From a virus, in IMG/VR virus record IMGVR_UViG_3300008952_000003, positions 32,001-96,000 of that record: 64,000 bases of DNA; one strand, given 5' to 3'. This document shows, in pieces, positions 36,181 to 46,500 of this stretch (position 1 is its first letter; every line of letters starts with the position of its first letter). The notes below the pieces were generated by a model. That model had not been told where the DNA came from and did no database searches. It worked only from the letters and a program-made list of their open reading frames with translations. The position numbers were made by a program, and so were the translations under genes.

Positions 36181-38931
36181 ATGTCAAATTCAAAGAAAAA
36201 TATATACATATTATCGGCAAATCATAGCACTTCTAGGGACAGCTTTAGGGATGCTACTGGAAATTATTGGACAACCCCCGGAGAGACTCCAGAATATGGA
36301 GATATGACTTCTAGAACCAGAAAAATCGGACCTGATCGCATAAAACTAAAGAACAAGCCTACGTCGGTCAAGAAAGATAACCTTATAAGAATAATTCCAA
36401 GACATCAGGAAGTTGAAAAGACCAAATCCGCCCCATTCTATGAAATAGTCCACAAATTTGAGGTATATTCAGATAGAGAAATCTATGGAAATATCGATAC
36501 GTGGACGACATTTATGAAAAATAAAGTAAAAATAGGAAAAACATTCCAAGATTACTCAATTGAGATCCATAATCCGCTAGCAGAAAATGAACTGGGAGGG
36601 CAAAATTACAGTCCGTCAGCTATTTTTGAAAAAGTTAGCTTTGATTACAATTATTATTCTAATATTTATGAAATTACTACCAACAATGCAGGTTCCCAGG
36701 AAAATATTTTGCCAAATCTCTATTTCTTTGCCGAAAACCAAGATAACGAAGAGATAAATGAGGCATTCGAGGCTATTACTGCAGGGGGGATCCTCTCCAC
36801 GAACGATATGAAGAGCTTGCGACGTTCAAAGCTTGGATTTATTAAGCCGTCGTTCTTTGATGACTTTGGAAAAGCTCAACGAAATATGCCAGCTAGAAAG
36901 AAGAAGAAACTAGTTGAGAAGGCTTCAAATATTATTTTCGAAACTAAGAGTGTGGAGTTGCTTAAGAAAGCAGAAGAGCTATTCTCACTCTTCCCCATGG
37001 GCGTTGATATCGAATTTATGTCTGATTTTATGAACGAATTCACTGAAATCCTAGAGGATTCCAAATTGAGTACTTCCTTGTTGGGATATTTGGCAGAGAT
37101 TCCAGTAGATCCAACCGGCCCCCAAGCTAAGAGATTCTCCATTAAAAATATGAAAATGAAAAGATATTTTGAAAGGATTGGAAATCCAAAGGACAGGAAT
37201 CCTCAAGTAGAAGTTGATTTTGAGGGTATAACAGCGAAGACAATTGACTTATTTTCGTGGTACCAAAAAGTCGCAGAAGGCATGAGAGTGAAAAGGGGTA
37301 AAGTAACTGTTCTCGGGGACAAAGAGGATGAAAATATATCAAAGTTTGAGAAATTCTTATATCTGATAATTTTTTCTGGAAAATTGCAGACAATGATCAA
37401 GAAGCATCAGAGAACCTATTTGGATATCTCAGATGGGGACCTTTCTTATTCAGAGACCTTCTGCTATAAGATTGAAAAGTCATTAGAAAATGGCGCCCCA
37501 ATGCAAACTGTGTGGCTTCCTAATACGAACGAGATAGATCTCATCAGATATATCGACACTCAGGTTAAATTTAATAAGACATATAAATATAAAGTGACAG
37601 CATATCAGATAGTCATGGGTTCCGAATACGAATATAACAATTTGGAATTTCCAGAAGAGTACAATGCTGATCCAAAAAAGAAAAAAAGAGTGAAGCAAAT
37701 ATCAAAGCCGGGCGGCGGAGTGGTGTTGGAAGTGGACGCAGATATAGCACCGGCAGAGGTGGAAATATCCCCTGGGCTCTTGGCCCGCCAGGGTCAGCAG
37801 TTGCCAGGGTCCAATACTCAACAGCCAGAGTCTAATACTCAGCAGCCATCACTACTATCTCTAAACTCCCAACAGGTCAACTTTTCAAACATTCCTGCCC
37901 CCGGAGCCCAGAGTGTGCTTGTCGATGTGGGTGATTCTAGCTTCGCTCAAAGAAAGTTCGAGGTCGTGGTGCCCGATCCAGAAGATAAAGAGATTTTTGG
38001 ACTAAGTGATAAAAATAAATTTAATACAAAATATGCCAATAGATTATTCGTATTAGCAAGGAAAAGGGAAAAGGTTGATGATGAGAAGTATTTTAGAGCC
38101 ACTATGGAGGTGAGAGTCAGACCTTCGATTAAGATTGTTGAGCTTCCCTTTTTTGAAATCGCAGGTCGAGTGATAGACGATCCTCCGGTACCGCCTCACG
38201 TAAACATCGTGCCATATCGCGGAGTCAATAACAAGCTTTTGATAAACTTAAATACTAATGTTGGAAGATATGAAATGTCCCCTGTTATTTTTTCTAACGC
38301 TGAAAGAAAAATAATCAATGAAATAAGAGCAGCAAAAAGGCTGCCACCGGATAGCAAAATAACATACAGCACGGACGATCCAATTTCATCATTCGAGATA
38401 TACCGGATGGCGACTCCCCCTCAGAAGATAGAGGATTTTGCAGAAAATTTAAGATCAGTGTTGGATACGGATATTGATGCCGCAACCGCCCAAAAGGCAT
38501 CATCAGCTTCAATCAAAGATTCACTATCTCCAAACGTAGACTATTATTATACTTTCAGGGCAATCGATATACACGGGAAAAAATCAAATCCAACAGAAGT
38601 GTATAGAGTTAAGATTGTTGAGAATGACGGCGCCGTATATTCTATTATTGAGCTTTATGAGATGAAAAAAATTAAACCACAAAAGCCGATAAAAAAAGGG
38701 AAAAAACTACTTAATATTGTCCCAAGGTTTACTCAAACTTTAATTAATGAGAATAAATCAAAAATGGGAGATGGTAAAAGCGCCTTTAACGTGAAAAGTG
38801 TGGTGTTGGGACAAGAGGGACAGTCCTTGTTTGGAGAAAGCTTTAAAGTAAGGTTGACCTCACTGAAGACGGGAAAGAAGGTAGATATAAATATTGATTT
38901 TAATGTAGAGTTGGAACAGAGACAAAAATAA
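36181..38931 (+). CDS. Large hypothetical protein (916 aa), probably structural, with FN3-like beta segments
   Basis: YIDTQVKFNKTYKYKVTAY and PNVDYYYTFRAID resemble fibronectin-III strands; Q/P-rich linker. Confidence 0.45.
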   Translation: MSNSKKNIYILSANHSTSRDSFRDATGNYWTTPGETPEYGDMTSRTRKIGPDRIKLKNKPTSVKKDNLIRIIPRHQEVEKTKSAPFYEIVHKFEVYSDREIYGNIDTWTTFMKNKVKIGKTFQDYSIEIHNPLAENELGGQNYSPSAIFEKVSFDYNYYSNIYEITTNNAGSQENILPNLYFFAENQDNEEINEAFEAITAGGILSTNDMKSLRRSKLGFIKPSFFDDFGKAQRNMPARKKKKLVEKASNIIFETKSVELLKKAEELFSLFPMGVDIEFMSDFMNEFTEILEDSKLSTSLLGYLAEIPVDPTGPQAKRFSIKNMKMKRYFERIGNPKDRNPQVEVDFEGITAKTIDLFSWYQKVAEGMRVKRGKVTVLGDKEDENISKFEKFLYLIIFSGKLQTMIKKHQRTYLDISDGDLSYSETFCYKIEKSLENGAPMQTVWLPNTNEIDLIRYIDTQVKFNKTYKYKVTAYQIVMGSEYEYNNLEFPEEYNADPKKKKRVKQISKPGGGVVLEVDADIAPAEVEISPGLLARQGQQLPGSNTQQPESNTQQPSLLSLNSQQVNFSNIPAPGAQSVLVDVGDSSFAQRKFEVVVPDPEDKEIFGLSDKNKFNTKYANRLFVLARKREKVDDEKYFRATMEVRVRPSIKIVELPFFEIAGRVIDDPPVPPHVNIVPYRGVNNKLLINLNTNVGRYEMSPVIFSNAERKIINEIRAAKRLPPDSKITYSTDDPISSFEIYRMATPPQKIEDFAENLRSVLDTDIDAATAQKASSASIKDSLSPNVDYYYTFRAIDIHGKKSNPTEVYRVKIVENDGAVYSIIELYEMKKIKPQKPIKKGKKLLNIVPRFTQTLINENKSKMGDGKSAFNVKSVVLGQEGQSLFGESFKVRLTSLKTGKKVDINIDFNVELEQRQK
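37810..37851 (+). repeat. Imperfect 21-bp tandem repeat encoding SNTQQP twice
   Basis: tccaatactcaacagccagag / tctaatactcagcagccatca. Confidence 0.7.
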
Positions 38932-38960
38932 AATAAATTCTACGACTAGCTAAATTAAAT

Positions 38961-38968
38961 ACTAATTA
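38961..38968 (+). promoter_or_regulatory. Candidate late promoter motif ACTAATTA
   Basis: Intergenic, about 20 nt before ATG 38989, followed by an AAGGAAGG RBS. Confidence 0.55.
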
Positions 38969-38988
38969 TAGAGTAAGGAAGGAAAAGA

Positions 38989-39930
38989 ATGGCTTTTTTA
39001 GACAACAGTGGAGACATAATTCTCGACGCAGTTTTGACTGATACGGGACGCGCCCGATTGGCAAAGGGTGATGGTACTTTTAAGATTGCAAAATTTGCTC
39101 TCGGAGACGATGAGATAAATTATGCCAATTATGATAAAAATAATCCGAGCGGATCGGCTTATTATGATCTGCAAATCCTGCAGACCCCGGTTTTGGAGGC
39201 ATTTACTAACAATACAGCAATGCTTCATTCGAAGCTGATATCAATTCCGCGTACAAACTTGATTTATCTGCCTGACATAATCTTAAATGAGGTCTATGGC
39301 GGCGGCGGTTCAACTACTGCCTCTTCGACTGCTATGAATGAGGATGCTAATGCATTTTATGTGGCCGTTGATGACGACACATTGACTGAGCTAGCACTTG
39401 TTTCTGGAGTCGTAAATGGCGTAGATGGTTCTGGTGGTACTCATATTCGTACCGATCAGGGGCTAGACACAGATGAAGTGTCCCCCAAGAGAGAACTCGA
39501 CGCAGATTTGGTAGAAACTCAATATCTGATAGAGATGGACACCAGATTGGGCGAGATATTATCGATTGATGGTGAAACTTTAGCAACCATCTCATTCATA
39601 GATGATGACCAGATTGCGAGCTATTATTTATCACTGGGAACTGATTTGAAATTCGTAGCAGAAATAACAAATGATAAGCCAATTGGCGACGGAGCCCCAG
39701 GACAAGTCATAAGGGGCCCCCGAGGAACGAAGTTGGATTTCAAAATTCAGGCTAGCCTAGATTTGAATACGAGCACCTTCCTGTTCACTCAACTGGGGTC
39801 CACCGTGTCCATAGATACTGGAGGGATTGCCCCGGTCGATTTTAATTATATCGATTCAGTCTTGCGAGTAACGGGAGTTACGACAGGAAACAGGATAGAC
39901 ATTCCCCTAAGATTTGTGAAATTAGCATAA
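38989..39930 (+). CDS. Baseplate/tail structural protein (N-terminus resembles tail-collar fibre proteins)
   Basis: DAVLTDTGRARLAKGDGTFKIAKFALGDDEINY. Confidence 0.55.
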   Translation: MAFLDNSGDIILDAVLTDTGRARLAKGDGTFKIAKFALGDDEINYANYDKNNPSGSAYYDLQILQTPVLEAFTNNTAMLHSKLISIPRTNLIYLPDIILNEVYGGGGSTTASSTAMNEDANAFYVAVDDDTLTELALVSGVVNGVDGSGGTHIRTDQGLDTDEVSPKRELDADLVETQYLIEMDTRLGEILSIDGETLATISFIDDDQIASYYLSLGTDLKFVAEITNDKPIGDGAPGQVIRGPRGTKLDFKIQASLDLNTSTFLFTQLGSTVSIDTGGIAPVDFNYIDSVLRVTGVTTGNRIDIPLRFVKLA

Positions 39931-39940
39931 GGAAAATAAA

Positions 39941-40909
39941 ATGGCAACAGTATTTAAAAATTTATTAAGCAATGATATAGCGACGACAAGAACACTATTA
40001 AATGAGGCGATTCCGATCACTGGGTCGATTGTGTCTGGTACTTATGCGGATGCAAATATTAAAAATTATGCACACGAAATGTTCCAAAGCATTTATGACT
40101 ATCCATTTTTATCCTCCTCGGCCAATCATATCTTTGATATCACCTACGGGTACTCCAATAGCGAGGATGATCCCTCAAACGTCCAGAACGATAAGAAGAG
40201 AAATGTCTATAATCAAATGGCGCAAGTTTTGGTTGGATATGGCCCTGCCGGAAATATTAGAAGATTCGATCAGGATGGCAGTTTTACTGGTGGCACAAAA
40301 CATCGACAGTGTGTTTTCATCAACTATTCGAGATTGCTCGTCAAAGACGAAATCAAAAAGGGGTCGTACTCCTTAACTATCAATAGTGGGTCATCCGAGA
40401 TTATCTTGGCCGACCACGGCGCCCAAAATGATTATCGAGTCAACTCTCCGACAGGAGAATACGGAATCCTATACACTTCCTCTTTGGCCTCTGAAGGCAC
40501 AGGGGTGGGACTTATTTATTATCAGGCAGGGGTGGCAGTCATTACTGCTTCCGCAGACATATTCGAGAGTGCTTCTAACTACGAAGCTACATTTAATATT
40601 ACTGGAACTGCTAATGATGTTAGAAGGGTCTGGGAAAATAATGAACTAAATAACACTACAGAACTGAACTCCACAATTTATTTTTGCAGAGCAAATAACA
40701 ATGAATTTAATTATTCTTCTAATCAGACATATTTGGAAGATAGCAAAATCATAACAAAAAATGTATCTTCAGACCCTTCGGTTGCCTATATTACGACGGT
40801 TGGCCTTTATTCTGCGGATAACGAGCTTTTGGCAGTTGCAAAGTTGAGTGAACCCCTAAGAAAGGATCAAACTAACGAGCTTACTTTGAGAGTTCGCCTA
40901 GATTATTAA
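39941..40909 (+). CDS. Baseplate/tail structural protein, paralog of 40918..42081
   Basis: IKKGS motif; C-terminal YITTVGLYSADNELLAVAKLSEPLRK...LDY. Confidence 0.55.
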   Translation: MATVFKNLLSNDIATTRTLLNEAIPITGSIVSGTYADANIKNYAHEMFQSIYDYPFLSSSANHIFDITYGYSNSEDDPSNVQNDKKRNVYNQMAQVLVGYGPAGNIRRFDQDGSFTGGTKHRQCVFINYSRLLVKDEIKKGSYSLTINSGSSEIILADHGAQNDYRVNSPTGEYGILYTSSLASEGTGVGLIYYQAGVAVITASADIFESASNYEATFNITGTANDVRRVWENNELNNTTELNSTIYFCRANNNEFNYSSNQTYLEDSKIITKNVSSDPSVAYITTVGLYSADNELLAVAKLSEPLRKDQTNELTLRVRLDY

Positions 40910-40917
40910 AAAATGAT

Positions 40918-42081
40918 ATGGCATTTAAGAAATTTAATGAAAATGATGTTTTTTATAACAGGATAAAGACTTATCCGAATAATCATTTCGCCATATATGA
41001 TGGAAAAGTCTACAAGCAGAGAAGATCGGAGATATCTGGAGCATTTGCTCCGAGTACTCCCAATGCACCAACTGGCTTTGTATCCCTATATGAGATGAAC
41101 GTTGACAGGACAAAGAATGATACGGGATTAATTTATCCGTTTATTGTCAAAAATGGAACTTTGTCCAATTTTAGCACAATTTCCACATCTGAGTTTAACA
41201 GTGACTTTTCTTATGGATCAGAGATAACGGGATCATACCCGCTGACTGCATCAATCAGCAGGGAGTATTTTCAGCTTGGCCAGGGTAGACGACACGTCGA
41301 TGCATTGCGGAACGTTCTTAACTATTATACTTACTTGAGTAAATATTATGCATATAGCTCCAGCTTGGGAGACAAGGCCACCCAGGAACTGAACTTAATT
41401 TCTATTCCTTCAATATTCTATGGATCTTCGATAAAGAAGGGGTCGGTTGATTTAAGATATTATATTTCCGGATCCCTCATAGGTCAAGCAAGAGACATAA
41501 ATAAGAACGGTGAACTAATTCAGGTCGGCCCATCTGGAAGCGTAGGCTCCGGATCTGTCGCGGGCGTTGTTTTATATACCGAGGGATTCTTAGTGTTGAC
41601 GGGTAGCTGGGATCTGGACCCCACCCCCAGAAGATACCTGGGTGATCCAACAAACTTATCTGCATCTTCTTGGCTTTTTTACGGTGTGGGCGCAAATGAC
41701 GGTATCGGCCCCGATTGGATTCCGTTTGTTAACTACGAAGCAGAATTTCAGGGAACCAATTATGTACCAACAATCACCATGTTGGCTCACGCCCCAAAGG
41801 GAGAGTTAAATCACTCTAATAACCCGACATATGTTGACCATGGCCAGAATCAGATTATCAATTCTTCTTCAAACTGGTTCATTGAACCTGATTTAATAAT
41901 AAAAAATACTACAGAGTCCCCATATACAGATACAGAAGCCGCGTTCAAGAAAACAACTTACATTTCGAAGATTGGTATCTATGATGAAAATAGAAATCTT
42001 ATTGGAATAGCTTCTGTCTCGAAACCCGTAAAGAAAACGGAAAATAGAGATTATACTTTTAAACTAAAAATGGATTTCTAA
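40918..42081 (+). CDS. Baseplate/tail structural protein, paralog of 39941..40909
   Basis: IKKGS motif; C-terminal YISKIGIYDENRNLIGIASVSKPVKK...MDF. Confidence 0.55.
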   Translation: MAFKKFNENDVFYNRIKTYPNNHFAIYDGKVYKQRRSEISGAFAPSTPNAPTGFVSLYEMNVDRTKNDTGLIYPFIVKNGTLSNFSTISTSEFNSDFSYGSEITGSYPLTASISREYFQLGQGRRHVDALRNVLNYYTYLSKYYAYSSSLGDKATQELNLISIPSIFYGSSIKKGSVDLRYYISGSLIGQARDINKNGELIQVGPSGSVGSGSVAGVVLYTEGFLVLTGSWDLDPTPRRYLGDPTNLSASSWLFYGVGANDGIGPDWIPFVNYEAEFQGTNYVPTITMLAHAPKGELNHSNNPTYVDHGQNQIINSSSNWFIEPDLIIKNTTESPYTDTEAAFKKTTYISKIGIYDENRNLIGIASVSKPVKKTENRDYTFKLKMDF

Positions 42082-42608
42082 TGATTTTAGGGCTTGATAT
42101 TAGTACGAGCATCACGGGCGTGTGCGTGCTTAGTGGTAATGGTGAAATATTATTTAATGACTACATTGATACGAGGAAGTTCAAGTGCTTTTTTGATAAA
42201 GTAGACAAGGTTAAGAAATTCTTGAAAGATTTGTCCGAAGGGTACCAAATTAAACACATTTACGTCGAACAATCCCTCCAGTCCTTCCGAAGTGGATTCT
42301 CTTCTGCTAGGACTCTCTCGACTTTATCGCGATTCAATGGAGTTGTATCCTGGTTGTGTTACGAAATATGGGGAATAAAGCCCGAATATGTCGCCGCGAT
42401 TTCTGCACGAAAGCTTTGCGGGATAAAGGTTCCGAGGGGGGAGAAAGCAAAAGCGGTGGTTATTAAATATTTGCTTGACAATGAGGAATCTTTTGTGGTA
42501 GAATATACAAAACATGGAAATATCAAGCAACATTACTATGACATGGCTGACTCTATCGTCATAGCAAGAGCCGCTTCAAAAATAATACTTGACAACCAGA
42601 GCGTCTAG
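42081..42608 (+). CDS. RuvC-like Holliday junction resolvase
   Basis: MILGLDISTSITG, IYVEQ, DMADSIVIA (RNase H-fold acidic residues). Confidence 0.8.
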   Translation: MILGLDISTSITGVCVLSGNGEILFNDYIDTRKFKCFFDKVDKVKKFLKDLSEGYQIKHIYVEQSLQSFRSGFSSARTLSTLSRFNGVVSWLCYEIWGIKPEYVAAISARKLCGIKVPRGEKAKAVVIKYLLDNEESFVVEYTKHGNIKQHYYDMADSIVIARAASKIILDNQSV

Positions 42609-42617
42609 TGTTATACT
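42589..42617 (+). promoter_or_regulatory. Sigma70-type promoter, probably producing a leaderless primase mRNA
   Basis: TTGACA (42589-42594), 17 bp, TATACT (42612-42617), with TG at 42609-42610; ATG at 42624 with no SD between. Confidence 0.7.
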
Positions 42618-42623
42618 ATATGT

Positions 42624-43559
42624 ATGAAAGATAAAATATCGATAATAACTGGTATATTGGGCTCATTTCACAAGTCGAATAACGAGTACCTTTTTCGATG
42701 CCCGTATTGCAAAGACCACAAGCACAAATTCTCAGTAAATATTGAGAAGAATGTTTATAAGTGCTGGCTCTGTGATGCTCGTGGTAGGAGTTTGACCCGG
42801 ATTGTTCGCCGGTTCGGCGCCTTTGTGGATGTGGAAGCGTGGAAAGAGCTTTCCGGAGAGAAATTAAATCTCAATGAATTCGACAACTTGTTCGAGGAAG
42901 ACATAGAAGAATCATATCGAGAAAAGGTAATTAGAATACCAGAATCGTTCAAGACTTTGACTTCCGAACATCTTGATAAATTTGGCAAAAAGGCATTAGT
43001 TTATCTTAGCCAGCGAGGGATAAATAAGAGGGATATATTAAGGTGGAAGATGGGGTATTGTACGAGGGGGAAGTATAGGAACAGGATCGTTATACCCTCT
43101 TTTAATGATTCTGGAGATCTAAATTACTTTGTAGCGCGCTCATATACGGACGGGTATATCAGATATATGAACCCTCCAGTGTCAAGAAACATCATATTCA
43201 ATGAGCTATACGTGGATTTCGATAAAGAGGTGACATTAGTTGAGGGGATATTTGATGCCATTAATACCGAGAACTCTATTCCCATTTTGGGTTCATCAAT
43301 AAGGGAAGATTCGAGATTGTTCAAGAAAATAGTAGAAAAAGATACGCCAGTATTGTTAGCGCTGGACCCCGATGCGAAGAGGAAGTCAAATTGGATTAAG
43401 CGATTGTTGTTGAAGTATGGGATAGAAGTAAGAGAATTGAAATATGTCGACGGTCGAGATCTCGGAGAGATGTCCAAAGAAGAAGTTAGAAAATTAAGCG
43501 TTAAAGCGCCGATTGTGGGAGATTATGACAATCTTCTCTCGGCAATAACTGCAATATAG
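42624..43559 (+). CDS. DNA primase (zinc finger plus TOPRIM)
   Basis: CPYCKDHKHKFSVN...YKCWLC, LVEGIFDA, LALDPDA, DLGEM. Confidence 0.85.
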   Translation: MKDKISIITGILGSFHKSNNEYLFRCPYCKDHKHKFSVNIEKNVYKCWLCDARGRSLTRIVRRFGAFVDVEAWKELSGEKLNLNEFDNLFEEDIEESYREKVIRIPESFKTLTSEHLDKFGKKALVYLSQRGINKRDILRWKMGYCTRGKYRNRIVIPSFNDSGDLNYFVARSYTDGYIRYMNPPVSRNIIFNELYVDFDKEVTLVEGIFDAINTENSIPILGSSIREDSRLFKKIVEKDTPVLLALDPDAKRKSNWIKRLLLKYGIEVRELKYVDGRDLGEMSKEEVRKLSVKAPIVGDYDNLLSAITAI

Positions 43560-43570
43560 GAGAGAATATT

Positions 43571-46500
43571 TTGAAGTTTGCGCACATAGCAGATACTCAC
43601 ATTAAGAATCTGAAGTTTCATTATGAGTATAAAATTATATTTCAGGAGCTTTATGACAAGCTCCGTAAGGAGAAGGTCGACTACATTGTTCATTGTGGGG
43701 ATATCGCACACACAAAAACCCAAATAAGCCCAGAATTTGTGGAAATGTGTACAAATTTTTTTAGAAATTTGGCAGATATAGCTCCAACCTACATTATACT
43801 GGGAAATCATGATGGAAACCTCAAGAATGCAAGTCGCCAGGACGCCATTACACCCATTGTGGAGGCTTTAGAAAACCCAAACATATATTTGCTTAAAAAA
43901 TCAGGAGAAGTCCCCCTAGAGGGCGATATAACGCTAAATGTTTTGTCTGTTTTTGACGAAGAGGGATGGATAAAGCCCACAGATAAGGATAAAATTAATA
44001 TAGCCCTTTACCATGGTTCTGTATCCGGCGTTGTAACTGATACAGGCTGGGTGATGACACACGGCGACCACCCTATCGAGATCTTTGAGGAATTTGATTA
44101 TGCGTTTTTGGGAGATATTCACAAAACTGACCAATCAATCGATATGCACGGGAAAATGAGATACCCCGGTTCAACAATTCAGCAAAATCATGGCGAGACA
44201 GATGACAAGGGGTTTTTAATCTGGGAAATTGAAGATAAGGAGAATTTTACGTGTCGACATGTTGAGATTAAGAATCCGAGGCCATTTGTCACGATAAAAT
44301 TGACACCAAAGGGGAAGATGCCAAAAGGGCTCAAAGTTCCCGAGAGAAGTCGCTTGAGGTTAGTATCCGAAAATAATCTTCCTTTGTCAGCTATGACAAG
44401 GGCCCAGGATATTGCGAAGAGAAGATTTAAACCCGAAAGTGTATCCTTTTTAAACCGAGCTTCTGGTATTCGAGGGAGCGTAGAGAATCTTACAAATAGC
44501 CTCGAAGCAGCCGATCTTCGTAATATCAAGATACAAGAATCCCTGATTAAAGAATATTTGAAAGATTACGAACTCGACGATGATTTGATAAAGAGAATCT
44601 TAGATCTGAATTTGAAATATAACAAGATCGCAGAAGAAAATGAAAAAGTCTCTAGAAATATAAACTGGAGCCTCCGTAAGTTGGAGTTTGACAATTTATT
44701 TAACTATGGAGAGAATAATTCGATTGATTTTGACAATCTTGAGGGTATCGTTGGGATTTTTGGAAAGAATTTTTCTGGAAAATCGAGCATAATTGATTCG
44801 CTTCTATATACGGTCTTCAATTCCACTTCAAAAAATGACAGAAAATCGGTAAATGTTATCAATCAGAACAGGGAGAGTGCCGAAGGCCGCGTCCACCTTT
44901 CGGTGGGAGATACAGATTTTCACATAACTAGAAGCTCTGAAAAATATGTGAAAAAACTTAAAGGAGAGGAGACTATTGAGGCGAAGACTCACGCGACTTT
45001 TTTGTCAAAAGATCGAACAACGGGAGAGTCTAAAAATCTTAACGGATTGAGTCGAATCGAGACGGATAAGAACATCAGAAAGATGTTTGGGACCTTGGAT
45101 GATTTTTTATATTCGTCTATGGCTAGTCAATTGGATTCACTAACCTTCATTAAGGAGGGATCTACCAAACGAAAGGAAATTTTGGCAAAGTTTTTGGACT
45201 TAAAATTCTTTGAAACAAAATTTAAGTTAGCCAAGGAGGACGCATCGGATACAAAAGGAGCCCTCAAGAAGCTGGAAGATAGGGATTTTGAAGAGGAGGT
45301 TGTACTATCCAAGGAAGAGTTAGATATCAACAACAGGGAACTGGAGAAGGTCAAGAAAATATCCGAAAAGTATAAGAAAGATATTTCAGATTTTGAAGAA
45401 GAAGCGTATGAAATATCTGAAAAAATAAAATCAGTCCCAACAGAAATCATTGATATAGTAAAGGTTCGAAAAGAATTGAGAGACAAGAAAAAGCAAATGG
45501 TCTCCATTAGGGACCAAAACGAAGAGCACACGAAGAAAAGAGGAGAGTTTAAATATGACTATGAACAGATAGCCTATTTCCTGGAAGAGTTTGACAAGAA
45601 TACACTATATGAAAAACGAGATAAGATCAAGGAACTCGAAGAAGCACTAGGTGCCCTCGAAATCGAACTAGACAGAGAAGAAAGAGACTTATCAGACAAT
45701 CAAAAGAGAGTTCAGTTATTGAATGGGATCCCGTGCGGAACATCTTTTCCCAAGTGTAAGTTTATTCGAGATGCATATATTTCAAAGGCCAACATTCCAG
45801 AAAATGAAAAAAAGCTTCAGCATCTTGGCTCCGAAAAGGAAGATGTAGATTTGAAAATAAAAGATTTGGATCCGACTCTCGTATCTTTTCAAATTGAGAA
45901 ATATAATGACATTGTTGATAGAAAAAACGAACTTTTCAATCTCATAATGAACTGTGATTTGAATATTGAAAAGAATGATTCCATGATAGAGAGCCTCGTT
46001 TTTCAGGTGGATAAACTCGAATCTGAGGTTTCTGTATACGAATTAAACAAAGACTCAATTGAAAATCTGGAAAATTTAAATGACAGAATGGATGAAATAA
46101 AATACAAGAATGAGTCGAGAAAAATAAAACTTGCAGCATTCAATGATCGTATGATGGAGTTATATAAAATAATTGGATCAATGGAACAAAAACTGGAAAA
46201 CGTGGTGATGCAGAAAGAGGAATATACCGATTTGCAGCAAGAATATTCAGCATATGATCTTTATATGAAATGCATGCACCCGAATGGGATAGCTTTTGAT
46301 GTCATAAGAAAAAAATTACCAATCATTAATGAGGAAATCGCTAAAATATTGGCAAATATCGTTGATTTTGAGGTGTTCTTTGAGGATGATGGCAAGAGGT
46401 TAGATATTTTCATTAAGCACCCCCTTTATAATCCGCGCCCCCTAGAGATGGGTTCGGGCGCAGAAAAGACGATTTCCGCCATGGCAATCAGGCTAGCTCT

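Noticed and set aside
38706-38713. Intragenic ACTACTTA match
   Set aside because: Explained by the coding sequence K-L-L-N; several intragenic matches are expected by chance, so it was not called as a promoter.
42475-42504. Second promoter-like TTGACA-18-TAGAAT inside the RuvC-like gene
   Set aside because: Non-optimal spacing, lies within coding sequence, and a better promoter sits at 42589; it may be chance.
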